Shown: positions 61,295-64,000 of the stretch, piece by piece
Numbering within the stretch: the first letter of the stretch is position 1
Layout: every line of letters begins with the position of its first letter
Assembly: GCA_050952625.1 (NCBI GenBank)
Contig: JBMNLH010000001.1
Location: 896,001-960,000, forward strand
Direction: 5' to 3'
Origin: Bacillota bacterium
GTDB lineage: Bacteria > Bacillota > Ch66 > Ch109
DNA: 64,000 nucleotides
The notes under the pieces: generated by a model
What the model was told of the DNA's origin: nothing
The model's input: only the letters and a program-made list of their open reading frames with translations
Databases searched by the model: none
Program-made: the position numbers and the translations under genes

Positions 61295-62146
61295 GTGTAT
61301 CTAGGGGCTCATCTGTCAATATCTCAGGGTTACCGTAGCGCAGTAACATCTGCTTTAGAAATTGGGGGGAATACCTTCCAGTTTTTTACCCGTAATCCCC
61401 GAGGGGGGCGAGCAAAAAAATTAGACTCTCGGGACGTAGAGCAGTCAATAAAACTTTGCCAGTCTTATGGGTTTGGCCCTTTGATTGGGCACGCTCCATA
61501 TACGATAAACTTAGCTTCTCCGACTGAAAGGACCCGAGAGTTTGCCATAATGGCTCTTAAGGAAGATTTAGTTCGGGTAAAGAGTGTTGGTGCTGCTTAT
61601 CTTGCAGTTCATCCTGGAAGTCATGTTGGAGACGGAATTGATCGGGGTTTAACCAGAATTATAGAGGGATTAAATCGAGTTTTTTCTGATTTGGATTTAC
61701 CTGCTTTAGATGGGGTTATGCTACTACTAGAAGGAATGGCTGGTGAGGGGTCAGAAATTGGTGATCTTTTTGAACAGCTAAACTGCATCCGGCGAGGAAT
61801 TAAATATCAGGACCGAGTAGGGGTTATTCTGGATACCTGCCATCTTTACGCAGCGGGATATGATATTAGAAACAATCTAAATCAGGTATTAGAGAGTTTT
61901 GATCGAGCAGTTGGCCTGGAACATCTCAAGGCTTTCCATATCAATGATTCTAAATATCCATTAGGTAGTAGAAGAGACCGTCACGCTAATCTGGGGGAGG
62001 GTTATTTAGGACTGGACTTTTTTATTAAATTTATACGACACCCCTTAGTACAAGAATTGCCCCTAATTCTGGAAACACCAGGAGATATAGCTGTTTATGC
62101 CAAAGAAATAGCCTTGTTAAAGAGTGGAGTAAAAAGAGAGCAGTAA
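61295..62146 (+). CDS. nfo: Endonuclease IV
   Basis: LGAHLS, QFFTRNPR, HAPYTINL, HPGS, DTCH, HINDS, DRHA and ILETP motifs. Confidence 0.95.
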   Translation: MYLGAHLSISQGYRSAVTSALEIGGNTFQFFTRNPRGGRAKKLDSRDVEQSIKLCQSYGFGPLIGHAPYTINLASPTERTREFAIMALKEDLVRVKSVGAAYLAVHPGSHVGDGIDRGLTRIIEGLNRVFSDLDLPALDGVMLLLEGMAGEGSEIGDLFEQLNCIRRGIKYQDRVGVILDTCHLYAAGYDIRNNLNQVLESFDRAVGLEHLKAFHINDSKYPLGSRRDRHANLGEGYLGLDFFIKFIRHPLVQELPLILETPGDIAVYAKEIALLKSGVKREQ

Positions 62147-62219
62147 TCTAAGAATTATAAGAAAGGTGGTGCCATCCTGGTTTTTGGCAGCATACAAGAA
62201 GAGTTAATGTCGTAAAACC

Positions 62220-62400
62220 TTCCTCGTTAATAAGACACGCAGGGAAAATCGGGTGCGGACAGATAACCAGCAATGGGTAACACCCCCTTAGGGCTGAACC
62301 GGATCAGCGCGATTATAAACTACCCGAAGCATCAGCGAGAGCGGAGAGCGGATGGAATAACTGAATCCAGTGATGCTGCCTTCCGTTGGTCGGCGGAGAG
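62220..62400 (+). ncRNA. Candidate structured RNA of unknown class
   Basis: GC-rich island with multiple stems (TCGGGTG/TACCCGA, AGCATCA/TGATGCT, GCTGA/TCAGC) and GNRA loops; strand inferred. Confidence 0.35.
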
Positions 62401-62467
62401 AAACTAAATATATCAGAATTGTCCTTGATAAATAAGATATATTTAGATTTCAAAACCGGGTTTGCTA

Positions 62468-63319
62468 ATGACTGTTCTTGTGACTTATCATGAGGATTTT
62501 AGCAATCAGGGATATCCATTCTTAAAGTACCGGCTCAAACCTTCTTTTCAGGCACTTCAAAAACTAGTTAGCGAAAAAACTCTTCCAGTTAAAGTTATCG
62601 AACCAAGGGTAACCGAAGATATTATAAATCTCGTTGACCGGATCCACAATTGGCGACATATTCGGGACGTTCAGGATTCTGGTTACTACGAGGTTTCCCT
62701 GTTATCAGTGGCTAGTGTTGTTCAGGCAGCAGAGTTATTGTCAATAGATAGGACCTATAGTTCTGGTTTTGCCTATGTAGGTGCTGCCGGACATCACGCT
62801 AGTCCGATGGGTTTTTGGGGATTTTGTTTTCTTAACGATATCGCTGCAGCTATTACTAGATTGCGTGACTTAGGCAAAGATAGATTTCTAATATTGGATG
62901 TAGACCCGCACTTCGGAGATGGAACACGAGCCTTTTTTGAAAAGGATAAGAATGTTATACATATAAATATTTACACTGGCAATAAAGATGAAATCGACTT
63001 AAACCTAAATAATTATGATTACGGTTTGCCATACAATGCCAACGACGACGATTTTGAGGTCACTTTGGAACGGGCTTTATCCCATTCTTTTGATTTTGAT
63101 TTGATGTTTATAGTTTTTGGGCACGATTCTCATATCTCGGATTACGGTGGTTTTGCTTTTTCCGACGCAGTCTACCCAATTTTAGCTAACAAGGTTAAGG
63201 AATATGCAGCTATGCGGCCACATCTTTGGGTATTAAGTGGCGGTTCAGAAATAGAAGTAGCGTCGCGGGTTATTCCAGCTATTATTAAAGTATTAGCGAA
63301 AGATACGAAGGGCAAATAA
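62468..63319 (+). CDS. HDAC-family metallo-amidohydrolase lacking the canonical catalytic Tyr
   Basis: AGHH, GFCFLND, DVDPHFGDGT and GHDSH..D motifs; LSGGS in place of LEGGY. Confidence 0.85.
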   Translation: MTVLVTYHEDFSNQGYPFLKYRLKPSFQALQKLVSEKTLPVKVIEPRVTEDIINLVDRIHNWRHIRDVQDSGYYEVSLLSVASVVQAAELLSIDRTYSSGFAYVGAAGHHASPMGFWGFCFLNDIAAAITRLRDLGKDRFLILDVDPHFGDGTRAFFEKDKNVIHINIYTGNKDEIDLNLNNYDYGLPYNANDDDFEVTLERALSHSFDFDLMFIVFGHDSHISDYGGFAFSDAVYPILANKVKEYAAMRPHLWVLSGGSEIEVASRVIPAIIKVLAKDTKGK

Positions 63320-63413
63320 GTGTTAATATATTATTGTATTGTCTAAAAGCAGGGTTTTAACAAATTAGATTTACCAAATAGATTCTCAATTTATCCATTA
63401 AAAGCTAGGTTAA

Positions 63414-63452
63414 TCCGTTGCTAGATGGATATTCAGGCAACGGAATTTATTT
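63414..63452 (+). terminator. Probable intrinsic terminator
   Basis: TCCGTTGC...GCAACGGA followed by ATTTATTT. Confidence 0.55.
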
Positions 63453-63618
63453 ATACTATGGATATGAAATGACAAATTATATTAATCACAAATTAATAGA
63501 TTGCTTGTTTAATAGAAATAAAAACGCAAATTAACATAGTAAGTCATTAGTGATGCATAAAATTTAACCCATTTCTTCTAAGTGCATTTTACACTGGCTT
63601 ATATATAGGGTCAAATAG

Positions 63619-64000
63619 ACGAAGATTGAATATTCTGAACCGAATAGTCTGGAAAACTTGCCGTATCCCTTATTTGTCAAAACTCGGTTTGATATCGGGA
63701 CTAAAAAAATAGCCAAAGCCAATAATCCAGAAGAGCTTGAGCAGCTACTGCGGGTTACAGAGAAACCAATAATTCAGGAGTATCTCGACGGCGAGGAGTT
63801 TACCGTTGATCTATTAGCTGATTTGTCGGGCAAGGTGATCATGACTTCTCCTCGAAGGCGGCTTGAGGTTAGAGAGGGAATCAGCACCAAAGGAATAACC
63901 GTCAAGAATGAATTGTTATCTGAACTGGCTGCGGCTTGCGTTGAGACATTTCCTCTACCCGGGGTATCTAACGTTCAGATAATAGTTGACCAATCCCAAA
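63619..64000 (+). pseudogene. 5'-truncated ATP-grasp protein fragment (runs off the window end)
   Basis: Frame reads PYPLFVKTRFDIG...IIQEYLDGEEFTVD...PRRRLEVREGIS...NVQ. In-frame TAG at 63616-63618; no N-terminal domain or RBS. Confidence 0.65.

Noticed and set aside
62220-62450. Assignment as RNase P, tmRNA, SRP, M-box, cobalamin or lysine riboswitch, or group I/II intron
   Set aside because: Diagnostic cores are absent (GAGGAAAGTCC, tRNA-like ends, GGAAGGAAGCAGC, P7 GACTA/TAGTC, domain V); kept only as an unclassified candidate.

Overview
This window is core chromosome from an endospore-forming, anaerobic Firmicute (Clostridia-like), with most genes on the + strand. It carries the conserved ftsK/spoIIIE-rodZ-rimO-pgsA-cinA-recA-rny-ymdB-spoVS and miaB-mutS-mutL-miaA-hfq-spoVK-hflX-ynbB-lexA backbones, plus guaB, pflBA, trkAH, a tRNA nucleotidyltransferase and nfo. 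I found no rRNA, tRNA, CRISPR array, prophage or transposase. The strongest hidden feature is a 67-aa DUF1858-family selenoprotein (CxxU) on the minus strand at 20783-20986. It has an in-frame UGA followed by a SECIS-like hairpin, is missing from the ORF track, and fits the presence of mnmH/selU. Other notable signals: a candidate sigma-G-driven small RNA with anti-Shine-Dalgarno-like motifs; a GC-rich multi-stem candidate RNA upstream of a Tyr-less HDAC-family gene; a hydantoinase-A-like/HDAC gene pair between mutS and mutL (the first gene frameshifted); repeated anti-SD hairpins at sporulation-type promoters; a probable ATT start for rny; a probable CC-adding enzyme; an IS200/IS605-type remnant before recA; and galT and ATP-grasp gene fragments. 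All family assignments come from recognising motifs by eye; no database searches were run.
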